From Candidatus Heimdallarchaeota archaeon (GTDB lineage Archaea; Asgardarchaeota; Heimdallarchaeia; Hodarchaeales; Hodarchaeaceae), in NCBI GenBank assembly GCA_020353515.1, contig CP070695.1, positions 3,001,231-3,065,230 on the forward strand: a stretch of DNA of 64,000 nucleotides, written 5' to 3'. Position numbers and translations under genes: made by a program. The notes under the pieces were generated by a model that did no database searches, was not told the origin of the DNA, and saw nothing but the letters and a program-made list of their open reading frames with translations. Below, one piece after another: positions 9,249 to 18,808 of the stretch. Positions within the stretch are counted from its first letter, which is position 1, and every line of letters begins with the position of its first letter.

Positions 9249-12200
9249 TTGAAATATGCTTTTAAATATACCTTACAAGTCCTCAGTCGGCGTAAACGTA
9301 ATTTTTGCCTTACCGCCTTTGTAATTGCACTTGGGATATCTTTAGTTGTCCAGACACAGATTCTGGGAACAACAGTTGAAAGAAACTATAAAGAGATTCT
9401 TATCGAATCATTTGGAAACACTGACATACTCATTTTTTCCGTCAATGAGATTTATTTCTCTCAAAATGTTTCAGACATTTTGATACAGGAATTTAGTTCA
9501 GTCTTTGAAGGCATTCTCCCCCAGATTGCCTATCCAACGACTGCTTATTATCCAGAGAAAGGACAGTTTGAACAGGGAGTGAGAGTTGAGACGATTGGAT
9601 CAGAATTCGACGGAAGCTTTTGGGGATACATTTATTCAAACTCAACTGGAGAAAAACTAGATATTGCTTCATTACAAGAAGACGAGATCGTCATCTCTCC
9701 TGAGTTGGCTGATTCGTTAGATGCTAGAATTGGAGCCTCCATTACAATATCATTAAGAGACGAGAGGGGAAATCCCATTCTTCATAATGTTACAATCAAA
9801 AATATCTATAGTTATAGAGAATACGGAAGAACAGGGGATCCAAATGATTTTCGACGAATTTTGATGGGCGAACAAGCCGTTCAAACCCTCATTCCAAGCA
9901 GTATCGATCAGCCAATAACACAAATCTCAGTGGGAATAGAAGATCACCAAGAAAACTCTTTCCTTGGACGAGAACGGAGTGATGAGGCAAAAAGACAGAT
10001 TGAGACAATTTTAGATAAGAATTTTCAAGATAGTATGCTTATAACTGCTACCATAAGAGAGGATAATAGAGAAGGGCTGGAAGCGGGAATTTCCAGCTTG
10101 GCTGGTACATTTCAGATGTTTGGTGTTGTTGTAGTTATTGCAGGTTTATTATTGATCACCAACATTCAATTAATGAACATGGAAGAACGTGAGCAACAAA
10201 TCGGAATGCTTCGGGCAATTGGTGCTAAAAAACGAGATATTTTTGTATCGTATTCTATAGAAACTATACTAACAGGAATATTAGGAGGGATCTTCGGTCT
10301 AATCTTAGGAATAGTGGTTGGTATTTGGTTAAATGATCTAAGTAGGGGGATGCTTTCAGCAATGGGAAATCCTGAAGTAACAAGGTCTATCTTTGACTTA
10401 GTAATAGAGCCAAATGCGCTTTTATTGTCCTTTACTTGTGCAATTGGCCTTTCGTTTGTGACAGGAATGGTTCCTGCATTACGAGCGCAAGGAATCTCTA
10501 TAATTGATATCGTCCATGGGACAAAATCAAAAGACTTAATTTCCTCCTTTAATGGGAAAAAACCATTATGGCCTCTCGTTATTGGGGGAGTTATCTTAAT
10601 TTTCGGCCTTCTATCCCTAATTGACTTGATTCAACAAGGATACCCATTTTATGCACCAGAAGGCTTCCACAACATCGAGGAGGAAGCAGCTGCAAACTTC
10701 CAGGCTTTATTCTATGTTTGCTTGGGAATTCTTTTCGCTAGTTTCAGGTTAAGACGTTACAGACGGTTGGGTTTGACCGTTAGTGGCCTTCTGTTAATTG
10801 TTCTTACTGTATGGGGTTTTCATGTGGCTGTAGGATGGGCAGACGAAGGTGGCAATGCGAATAGTATTGCTATGAATGGATTATTAGCTGCAGTGATAGG
10901 GGCAACTACAATAGTAGGAGCTAATCTTGAAGCATTAACTGCAGGATTAAGAAAATTGTTTTCAATATTCAGTAAAACTAGAGCAACAGGACTTGTGGCT
11001 ACTCGTTATATCAACTCAAGAAAATCTCGTGCTGTTCTGACTTTCGCTACTTTTGCGGTTATTCTTTCGTTGAATTTCTTTGTGGGCTCATATGCCGCAA
11101 CCCAAGTAGGTGGTTCAAGTCACACATGGGAATATTATATGTCAGGAGTCTCGTTAGTTGTTGAATCTCAAACCCCATTTAATCTCTCCTCCCTTAACTA
11201 TCCTAATATTCTTCAGAATCAGTTTGAGGAAATAATACAGATATTTCCCTTGGGGGTAGGAGGAGTGCTTCCTTTTAGAGGCGCTAGTACTGATATATCT
11301 CCCGAGGAAGATATTTTCTACTCCAAACTTATAGCAATCGATTTTCCCAGTTACTCAACTGAGGATGGAGAAGTTTTGTATCCCTTCGTATTTAATAGCC
11401 TTCTTCCTCACTATACTCAAATGTCGATGATGGATCAATTAGAAAATCCAGATGAAGCACGAGAAGAAGCAAAATCATTTTGGAAAGCTTTCTTAGCAGG
11501 TCAAAGAATCCATCGAACAACACTTGAACCTGTGGATCCTGATGATCCGTTTGGATTACCAATGTTCATCAGTGAACGACTTTATTTTCTAGAAGTAGGG
11601 GAAATCATAAGTTTTCCGACAATGAATGGCAGCCTAGTCGAAATGATCTACGCTGGCAGATTGAGTTATTTCCCGTCCTGTAATCTCCGTATCAATGAAT
11701 TTGCCTCTGGAATTATCTTGAGCAGCGAAATCGCATCACAACTTAATATTATGAGTTATGGAATCAAGGAGTTTCTCATAGAAACCATACATGGGTATGA
11801 TTACGAAAAGAACGAGGAGCTTACTAGTAAAATCGAGGAATTTTCAAATAAAAAAGGGGAAGAATCTCTGTTGAGCTTGAGTGGAGGCACTTTCTATGGA
11901 ATTACTACTCATCATCTCTGGGATGTTGAGTACCATTTGAACGCTACAAATGCAAGCGCCCTCAATTTTCTGCAGATATTTATATCTACTGGGTTAATTA
12001 TCGGAGTCATTGGACTTCTCGTTGTATCCCATCGTTCTGTTAAGGAGAGGAAACGAGAGATCGGGATGTTAAGATCAGTCGGTTTTTCAAAGAAAGCGGT
12101 TTCATTAGCGATTCTCTTGGAATTATTGTTTTTAGGAGCCCTAGGCTTTATTACAGGGTTTTTAGTAGGAAATTATCTCGCATGGGTTTTTGCGGATCTG

Positions 12201-12344
12201 GTAAATTGGAAATTGATTATTCCTTGGGCTCAAGTAAGTACCTATGGTGTATTGATTATGGGGTCGGTCGTTTTAGCAGCACTAATCCCAGGTTGGTTGG
12301 CATCGCGGATTCCTCCAAGTGAGGCTTTACGTTATCATGGTTAG
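9249..12344 (+). CDS. FtsX/MacB-like ABC permease (two permease modules)
   Basis: EREQQIGMLRAIGA and ERKREIGMLRSVGF; C-terminal PSEALRY; two large extracytoplasmic loops. Confidence 0.9.
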   Translation: MKYAFKYTLQVLSRRKRNFCLTAFVIALGISLVVQTQILGTTVERNYKEILIESFGNTDILIFSVNEIYFSQNVSDILIQEFSSVFEGILPQIAYPTTAYYPEKGQFEQGVRVETIGSEFDGSFWGYIYSNSTGEKLDIASLQEDEIVISPELADSLDARIGASITISLRDERGNPILHNVTIKNIYSYREYGRTGDPNDFRRILMGEQAVQTLIPSSIDQPITQISVGIEDHQENSFLGRERSDEAKRQIETILDKNFQDSMLITATIREDNREGLEAGISSLAGTFQMFGVVVVIAGLLLITNIQLMNMEEREQQIGMLRAIGAKKRDIFVSYSIETILTGILGGIFGLILGIVVGIWLNDLSRGMLSAMGNPEVTRSIFDLVIEPNALLLSFTCAIGLSFVTGMVPALRAQGISIIDIVHGTKSKDLISSFNGKKPLWPLVIGGVILIFGLLSLIDLIQQGYPFYAPEGFHNIEEEAAANFQALFYVCLGILFASFRLRRYRRLGLTVSGLLLIVLTVWGFHVAVGWADEGGNANSIAMNGLLAAVIGATTIVGANLEALTAGLRKLFSIFSKTRATGLVATRYINSRKSRAVLTFATFAVILSLNFFVGSYAATQVGGSSHTWEYYMSGVSLVVESQTPFNLSSLNYPNILQNQFEEIIQIFPLGVGGVLPFRGASTDISPEEDIFYSKLIAIDFPSYSTEDGEVLYPFVFNSLLPHYTQMSMMDQLENPDEAREEAKSFWKAFLAGQRIHRTTLEPVDPDDPFGLPMFISERLYFLEVGEIISFPTMNGSLVEMIYAGRLSYFPSCNLRINEFASGIILSSEIASQLNIMSYGIKEFLIETIHGYDYEKNEELTSKIEEFSNKKGEESLLSLSGGTFYGITTHHLWDVEYHLNATNASALNFLQIFISTGLIIGVIGLLVVSHRSVKERKREIGMLRSVGFSKKAVSLAILLELLFLGALGFITGFLVGNYLAWVFADLVNWKLIIPWAQVSTYGVLIMGSVVLAALIPGWLASRIPPSEALRYHG

Positions 12345-12355
12345 GTGAAAAGGAA

Positions 12356-13042
12356 ATGAGAGAAAATATTTTAGTACTAAAAGATGTTCATAAGATCTAT
12401 GGGGAGGGTACACCCAATGAGGTTCATGCACTTAGAGGTGTTAACCTTCAAATCAGTAAAGGGGAGATGGTGGCTGTTATGGGACCTTCTGGGTGTGGAA
12501 AAACAACGATGCTTAATATATGTGGAGGTCTTGACTCTCCAACTTCTGGTACAATTCAAATTAATGGAGTTGATATTTCTACTTACTCAGATGGGCAAAT
12601 GACCACATTTCGTCGGGATAATATTGGATATGTATTTCAGCTCTTCAATCTATTCGATTATATGAGCGCTTTAGAAAATGTCATGGTCCCGTTATTAGCT
12701 CAAGGTTTTAGTTATCCAGAAGCAACACGGAGAGCCACCATGATTCTTCGTGAAGTAGGGTTAGGAGACAGAATTTATCATTCTCCTCCAGAACTCTCAG
12801 GAGGACAACAACAACGTGTAGCTATATCTCGTGCATTAGTGACTCAGCCTGCGATTATATTAGGGGATGAACCAACGGGAGATCTTGATTCAGTGACATC
12901 TGAAGACTTAATGGATATGTTTAAGCGAATAAATACCGATAACAGACAAACACTCATCATTGTAACTCATTCGGAATGGATTGGAGAACAATGTGAACGA
13001 ATTATCCGACTTCGTGATGGAGAAGTTGTGGAGGACTGTTGA
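12356..13042 (+). CDS. ABC transporter ATPase, LolD/MacB type
   Basis: GPSGCGKT, LSGGQQQRVAI, DEPTGDLD, VTH. Confidence 0.95.
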   Translation: MRENILVLKDVHKIYGEGTPNEVHALRGVNLQISKGEMVAVMGPSGCGKTTMLNICGGLDSPTSGTIQINGVDISTYSDGQMTTFRRDNIGYVFQLFNLFDYMSALENVMVPLLAQGFSYPEATRRATMILREVGLGDRIYHSPPELSGGQQQRVAISRALVTQPAIILGDEPTGDLDSVTSEDLMDMFKRINTDNRQTLIIVTHSEWIGEQCERIIRLRDGEVVEDC

Positions 13043-14862
13043 TGAGGACTTCTAATGAAGAATTATTGGTTGGATTTTTAATTAATAAATTGGACCGATT
13101 TGAAAATAAGAAACTGCAGAATGAGTTGCATAAGGTTTTGAAAAAAGGACTGCAAAACAGAAAATCGAAACTTTCAGTTGGAGAATTTAATACTTTTTTA
13201 CTCGCAAACAGTCATTATACAAATACTAATTTTCTTGAACCAGAGGCGAGATCTCTTGTTGAGGAACCCATTCATTCCTTATATCGTAATTATATTAAAA
13301 AAACAGCTAAGCTTTTACGTGCTCGAATGAAGTGGAACCGTTCAGAGTTAGAATCCAATAGTATCTTGGCGAAATTTTTGGAATCAACACCGAAGTGCCC
13401 TCCAAACCCCAATAATCTAATCTCTCAAGAAAATCAAAAAATGGAAACCTTTCTTGAACAAACAATTAATTATATAGTTGAACGTTCGTGGATCCTATTC
13501 TGGGCTTTCAAGCACACGGGTGAAGATCGAATTGTAATTCATGATGGAACATTTCATCGAGAATATGGAGTGGGAAAGACATCCTCGGCTCTTAATGCTT
13601 TTGATGAGTTATTAATCCTCAATTTTGCCTATTACTTCTTAAAATCTCTAAAACAATTATTAGATGATATTACAATCCGAGTGAATAATGTTAAAGATTC
13701 ATTTGAAGGATCAGAAGTCATTCCAGTCTTAAATCCCAATTTAGCAACAGAAGCTTTTGGGGTACTTATAGGAGATTTAGTAGGTGGTATTGATGCTCTT
13801 AGAACCATCATTAGGCAGATCACTAGAATTGAAGAGATTCAATCCTCAGCCTACGAAGAAATTGAATTATTGAATGGATTTGGGAATGAAATTAGAGCAC
13901 GAGTGAATAATGGAAAGAATCTTTCCGAATTGAAAAGGAAGTTCAAAACCAATATTGATACTTTACGAGACCTTCAGAACTCAATACGAGAATTACAAAA
14001 AGGAGCTCAACAAGGAGAGATTATTGTTAATCTTGAAAAATTTCATTCAGCGATAATAGAACTACCAATTCAATTGAGAGAAGTAAAAATCTGGGCTGAT
14101 CGGTTCATGGATATAGCTTTTCTATCTCCAGAATCAGGAGGAGTGGCTCTAGAATCAACCAAGGATGATGTTATCCATGAACATGAAGAGGGAACCGTTG
14201 TAGAGGCATTTGGGATTCATAAAACATATTCACCATCACAGAGCACAGTGTATGCTCTTCGCGGAGCTAATCTCAAAGTTCAGCAAGGAGAATTTGTTGC
14301 AGTCTTAGGTCCATCAGGAGCAGGAAAAACAACATTAATTAACATCATGGCTGGACTTGATGTTCCTGATCGTGGACGTGTGTTTATTAATGGAAAAAAT
14401 ATTGCGGAAATGAGTGATAACGAACTTTCAGAATTTAGACGGAATAACATCGGGTTCATATTCCAACAATACTTACTGGATCCCCGATTAAATGTTCAAG
14501 AAAATGTTACTTTGCCAGCATTAATGGCTAGTAAAACCAAAAATTTAGATACTCGTGTCCATGAATTATTAGTGAGTCTTGGGCTAGTTGAATATGCCCA
14601 TCAAGATCCAATGAAGTTATCTGGAGGCCAAATGCAACGGGTAATTATTGCACGAGCATGCATTAATTCCCCCTTGGTGGTATTTGCAGATGAACCAACC
14701 GGAGATCTAGACAGTGAAACTGGAAAGCAAGTTTTAACGACATTTCGACAGCTTTGTGATGAGAAAGGAATCACTTTCATTGTGGTCACACATGATCAAG
14801 AAATGGCAGCCTTTGCAGATAGAATTGTACGGATGAAGGATGGAGTGATCATCGAGGACTGA
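13039..14862 (+). CDS. LolD-type ABC ATPase with ~385-aa helical N-terminal extension
   Basis: C-terminal GPSGAGKT, LSGGQMQRV, DEPTGDLD, VTHD; start abuts the upstream stop. Confidence 0.88.
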   Translation: MMRTSNEELLVGFLINKLDRFENKKLQNELHKVLKKGLQNRKSKLSVGEFNTFLLANSHYTNTNFLEPEARSLVEEPIHSLYRNYIKKTAKLLRARMKWNRSELESNSILAKFLESTPKCPPNPNNLISQENQKMETFLEQTINYIVERSWILFWAFKHTGEDRIVIHDGTFHREYGVGKTSSALNAFDELLILNFAYYFLKSLKQLLDDITIRVNNVKDSFEGSEVIPVLNPNLATEAFGVLIGDLVGGIDALRTIIRQITRIEEIQSSAYEEIELLNGFGNEIRARVNNGKNLSELKRKFKTNIDTLRDLQNSIRELQKGAQQGEIIVNLEKFHSAIIELPIQLREVKIWADRFMDIAFLSPESGGVALESTKDDVIHEHEEGTVVEAFGIHKTYSPSQSTVYALRGANLKVQQGEFVAVLGPSGAGKTTLINIMAGLDVPDRGRVFINGKNIAEMSDNELSEFRRNNIGFIFQQYLLDPRLNVQENVTLPALMASKTKNLDTRVHELLVSLGLVEYAHQDPMKLSGGQMQRVIIARACINSPLVVFADEPTGDLDSETGKQVLTTFRQLCDEKGITFIVVTHDQEMAAFADRIVRMKDGVIIED

Positions 14863-14881
14863 CTGATACTACTCAATTCTA

Positions 14882-15883
14882 TTAATTTCGTTTTACTATC
14901 AATTCAACTATATCAGAATCCATTAGTTCATGTTCAAGGCCCACATGTTGACCCGAAAACTCAACTGAAGACCCCCAAACTCTTGCATAACGAAAATTCG
15001 CCAGAAAGTCGTTATGAATCTTCCCAGCTAACTCACTGATAGTAGTACCGATTGGACAAACAAAAGGTTGCTTAGCTGGTTTACGTTTTGGTGGTTTTGT
15101 ATAAATTCTAATGACTTCAATAATACTGAAGAGATATTCTTTCAACTTTACGAGCGAATCCTCATTTTCTATGGAAATAGGATGAATTGGTAACTTAGTT
15201 TTTGTTTTCAGTAATTGATAGTTTTTTCTAGAATTGGGCAAATCTCCTTTGGTAGCTATAATACCGAATTTATACATTGACTCTTTATTCACAACTATTT
15301 TTGCTTGTTCTAATTGCTCCATCAGAAAGTTGTATTGACGCTTAATATCAAAAGAAAGATCGACAACCAATAAAATTGCATCACATGTCCTTGCAACTCG
15401 TACAATCTGTTTACTAATTGCCCAATCCTCTTTAAAATCAAGAAATCCAGGTAAATCAATGATCTGAATTCTGAGATCTTTGTACTCACATGTTCCTGCA
15501 AGAGCCCTCCTAGTAGTATGCAAATAAGCTCCAACTTTCACATCTGTGTTGGTAATGGTATTCATTAAGGTGCTCTTGCCAACATTCGATAAACCAAAAA
15601 GGACCACCCTTCCATCTCCAGACCTAGGGATCAGGAAAGGATCATACTGTCTACTTTTCTGTTTAGGTTTTTCATGGGTTTCAGCAATTATTCTCTCTAA
15701 ATCCCGAACAAAAAGATTAAATGACCCAATTTTCTGGTCTAGTTTCTTTTTTCTAATATCTTCTATAGTGGCTTCTAATTCTTGGACTAATTCGTCTCCT
15801 TCAAGAATTCTTATCCTTTTGGCAACTTTAAATCGATACCATTTGAATTTTCTATCATTTTTATTCATATCTCTCAACTTCAT
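14882..15883 (-). CDS. OBG/DRG-like GTPase with C-terminal TGS domain
   Basis: G1 GLSNVGKS, G2 YLHTT, G3 DLPG, G4 TKGD; TGS IRIYTK..IH..FRYARVWGSS..GQHVG..DIVEL. Confidence 0.88.
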   Translation of the reverse strand: MKLRDMNKNDRKFKWYRFKVAKRIRILEGDELVQELEATIEDIRKKKLDQKIGSFNLFVRDLERIIAETHEKPKQKSRQYDPFLIPRSGDGRVVLFGLSNVGKSTLMNTITNTDVKVGAYLHTTRRALAGTCEYKDLRIQIIDLPGFLDFKEDWAISKQIVRVARTCDAILLVVDLSFDIKRQYNFLMEQLEQAKIVVNKESMYKFGIIATKGDLPNSRKNYQLLKTKTKLPIHPISIENEDSLVKLKEYLFSIIEVIRIYTKPPKRKPAKQPFVCPIGTTISELAGKIHNDFLANFRYARVWGSSVEFSGQHVGLEHELMDSDIVELIVKRN

Positions 15884-16067
15884 TTATGATTGAAATAAGT
15901 AATAAATATCTTTAGATGGACTTCAGAAGTGATAAGAACCAAAAGATTACAAAAAGGAGAAACTGAGAAAATGTGTTGAGGGATTATTTCCATTTTTTAG
16001 AAAAAAAATCGGTACTACCCACTCTACTATTCAGTTAATCCCGATGCTGTACAGGGTGTAAAAGCAT

Positions 16068-16170
16068 GTAATCACACTAATGATTACCACTTCTAAAGAA
16101 AGAGATAACAGCAAATAGATCTAACGAAAGTTAGAGCGCGAGCCGAGCTCGCGGCGTCCTACATAAGACG
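16068..16170. repeat. Cluster of short hairpins including a GC-rich REP-like palindrome
   Basis: GTAATCA-N6-TGATTAC (16068-16087), TCTAAC-GAAA-GTTAGA (16120-16135), CGCGAGC-CGA-GCTCGCG (16137-16153). Confidence 0.45.
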
Positions 16171-16348
16171 AATGGATAGTAACATTGTCTACAAGATTTA
16201 AGAATAAGTTCCAATTTATAAAATACTCCTTTGTGGTAACAAACCTTTATGATGGTACTGGATACATCTATACAAATTAGGGCATCAAAATACTGGTTTT
16301 TCTAGTTATATTCGTATTAGTCACTTTAATAGAAAAAGTAATGAATAT

Positions 16349-18688
16349 TCATTTTACAATCCCTCTTCTCTTTTTAAATATAAGACCCACTAAAACAAGA
16401 GTAGTTACCACAGGAAGCATAAGCCAGGAAGTATCCTGACTCGAGGTTTGACCGCTCATGTCACTTGAAACAGAACTCTCTTGACTTAAGGTTTGATCTT
16501 GTTGGAAATCTGTAATGAAACTATCTATAATGTCATTGCTAATACGTCTCGCATTGTATTCATCTTGCCTAGCGGTAGTAACTATTACTAAGTCATGTTC
16601 TGGGAAGATCTGAATTGTTTGTCCGCCATATCCAAGAGCAAAGTAATAATCTCCTCTTTCTGCACTAGTACTAACCCAGAATTGATACCCGTAACCTGGA
16701 GGATAGACAAATCCTCTTCGAGGTAACCCATCTATGTGATCGTGTGAAGATTTAGTGATCCAATCAGATGATATGATCTGATTACCATTCCATGTTCCGT
16801 TATTCAAGTATAGCTGTCCAAATTTCGCCATATTCCGAGGAGTCATGAATAATCCGATTCCCCCATAATTTATTCCATCTGAACCAGCCATCCATACAAC
16901 ATCCAACTCCTCGATACCTAAAGGTTCGAAAAAGTATTTTAGAGCAAACTCGAATGTAGAATATCCGGTTGTTTCTTCAATTATCGCTGATAATATTTGA
17001 GAAGCACCTGAATTATAATTATATTCGCTACCAGGATTAGCTATCATTGGCTTCGAAAGGACATACTCTACGCTATCTTCTGATACTGCTAAGCCTTCCC
17101 AAAAATCTGTTTGGTCTTCCCATTCCATCCCTGTGGTCATAGTTAATAGATGGTGCAACGTCATGGCTTCTTTACGCGAATCGATGTTATCAAATGTTTT
17201 ATCAGGAAAAAAGTCGAGGACTAACTGTTCTGTGTCTTGAATAAATCCTTTATCGATAGCAATTCCAATCATCGCTGATGAGAATGATTTAGTTGCTGAG
17301 AAATGTGTGTGTTTTAATTCGCGAGTATATTCTTGGCATTCATCATCATAAAAGTATTTCTCAAATACTAATTTACCAGATCGAATTACAAGAAGAGAAT
17401 GGAGATTATGATAATCAAGATTATTTAACCAGTCCAGATTTTGATATAATCTTGTAGAGTTGATATTTTGTTCCTCTAGACTTGAAGTAGGCCATTCATC
17501 AATGGGTTTATCAATAGTAAGGGAGGGATGATCTCCCCATAATTTCACTGTCCAATCCCAACTTGCTGAAGCGAGAATTGTGCCATCCATTGAGAATTTT
17601 ACTGATTCGATGGTGTTTCTATGCCCTGTTAGAGTGTTAATAATTATTCTATCAGAAATATTCCAAAGCTGGATTGAACAGTTATGCATTTCTCCAAAGG
17701 TAAGCCAGTAACGGTCAGGCCATGTTAAAGATGGATCAATCGCAACGGCGAGAGTGGAATCATCGGGGGAAAGAGCAATAGACCAAATAGACTGACCAAT
17801 ACTGATTTCATGAATAATGTTTCCTGTAGAAACGTTCCAAAGTTTTACTGTTTTATCCAAACTTCCAGAAATGATTATTGTCTCCTCATTGGAAAATGTG
17901 ATTGAAGTTATCTTGTCATTGTGATTAGCATATGAACGTAATTCTAAACCTGAAGATACATCCCATAGCCTGATGCTTTTATCCCAAGATCCAGAGATTA
18001 ACCTTGACCCATTTTTTGAGAAAGCAACTGAGGATACAGAATCAGAATGACCAGTGAAATTACGTAAAACTTCCCCAGTGCTCGCATTCAAAAGTCGAAG
18101 AAGCTTATCTGGTTGATTACCCTGTTTCACATCAACCATCCATTCACCACCTCCTACTGCTAGTGTTTTACCATCAGGAGACCATTTTATATCAATGACT
18201 CCATGTGGAAACATAGACCAAGAATTCAGGTGTTCCCCAGAAGAGACATTCCACAGATTAATTTTATTATCAATCCCTCCAGAAGCTAACATCTCACCTG
18301 AAGGGGAGAAATCTAATGTAATGATACCATAGTGGTGTCTGTTCAGTACATGTAAAATTTTACCATCAGTTAAGTTCCACAAGCAGATTGTTCCGTCAGA
18401 AGAACCTGAAGCGAGAATAGGGGCAACTGGTGAAAAAGCTACCTCCCGTACCCGCCAGCCATGGCCAGTTAGGTTAGCAAAATTATTAAAAATACTATTC
18501 GAGATGGAGCAAGATTCTATAATTGTGTTATCTATAGTGTTTGCTTGCAGTTGATTTGTATCGCTAATATCATTAGTTTTTACGCTATTAATACTTATAA
18601 ATGGTGAAAGAAAGACTATAATAAAGAAAGAAGTACTTAAACCTATTTTTTTTAATCGTTTCATAATTTCACAACCAGTTCTGAACAT
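16349..18688 (-). CDS. Surface-anchored WD40-repeat + serine hydrolase (beta-lactamase class C-like) fusion
   Basis: Repeated GH..V..VAFS..LASGSxDxTxxLW; SxxK (SATK), YN, LGYGGQ; signal peptide; Ser/Thr linker, TM and KKRR tail. Confidence 0.88.
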   Translation of the reverse strand: MFRTGCEIMKRLKKIGLSTSFFIIVFLSPFISINSVKTNDISDTNQLQANTIDNTIIESCSISNSIFNNFANLTGHGWRVREVAFSPVAPILASGSSDGTICLWNLTDGKILHVLNRHHYGIITLDFSPSGEMLASGGIDNKINLWNVSSGEHLNSWSMFPHGVIDIKWSPDGKTLAVGGGEWMVDVKQGNQPDKLLRLLNASTGEVLRNFTGHSDSVSSVAFSKNGSRLISGSWDKSIRLWDVSSGLELRSYANHNDKITSITFSNEETIIISGSLDKTVKLWNVSTGNIIHEISIGQSIWSIALSPDDSTLAVAIDPSLTWPDRYWLTFGEMHNCSIQLWNISDRIIINTLTGHRNTIESVKFSMDGTILASASWDWTVKLWGDHPSLTIDKPIDEWPTSSLEEQNINSTRLYQNLDWLNNLDYHNLHSLLVIRSGKLVFEKYFYDDECQEYTRELKHTHFSATKSFSSAMIGIAIDKGFIQDTEQLVLDFFPDKTFDNIDSRKEAMTLHHLLTMTTGMEWEDQTDFWEGLAVSEDSVEYVLSKPMIANPGSEYNYNSGASQILSAIIEETTGYSTFEFALKYFFEPLGIEELDVVWMAGSDGINYGGIGLFMTPRNMAKFGQLYLNNGTWNGNQIISSDWITKSSHDHIDGLPRRGFVYPPGYGYQFWVSTSAERGDYYFALGYGGQTIQIFPEHDLVIVTTARQDEYNARRISNDIIDSFITDFQQDQTLSQESSVSSDMSGQTSSQDTSWLMLPVVTTLVLVGLIFKKRRGIVK

Positions 18689-18808
18689 TTATTATTAGTA
18701 AATTAATTTTATTTTTTTTTTCAACACATGGTCTTTTTCCCCAAAAAGTTATAATGATTATAAAAATTTTATTAATAGGGCAATGCAAAGTAAAAACTAG
18801 TCTAGAAA

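Noticed and set aside
18-18688. Kelch and WD40 proteins as eukaryotic signature proteins
   Set aside because: Both are predicted secreted surface proteins of repeat types common in prokaryotes; there is no link to ubiquitin or trafficking domains here.
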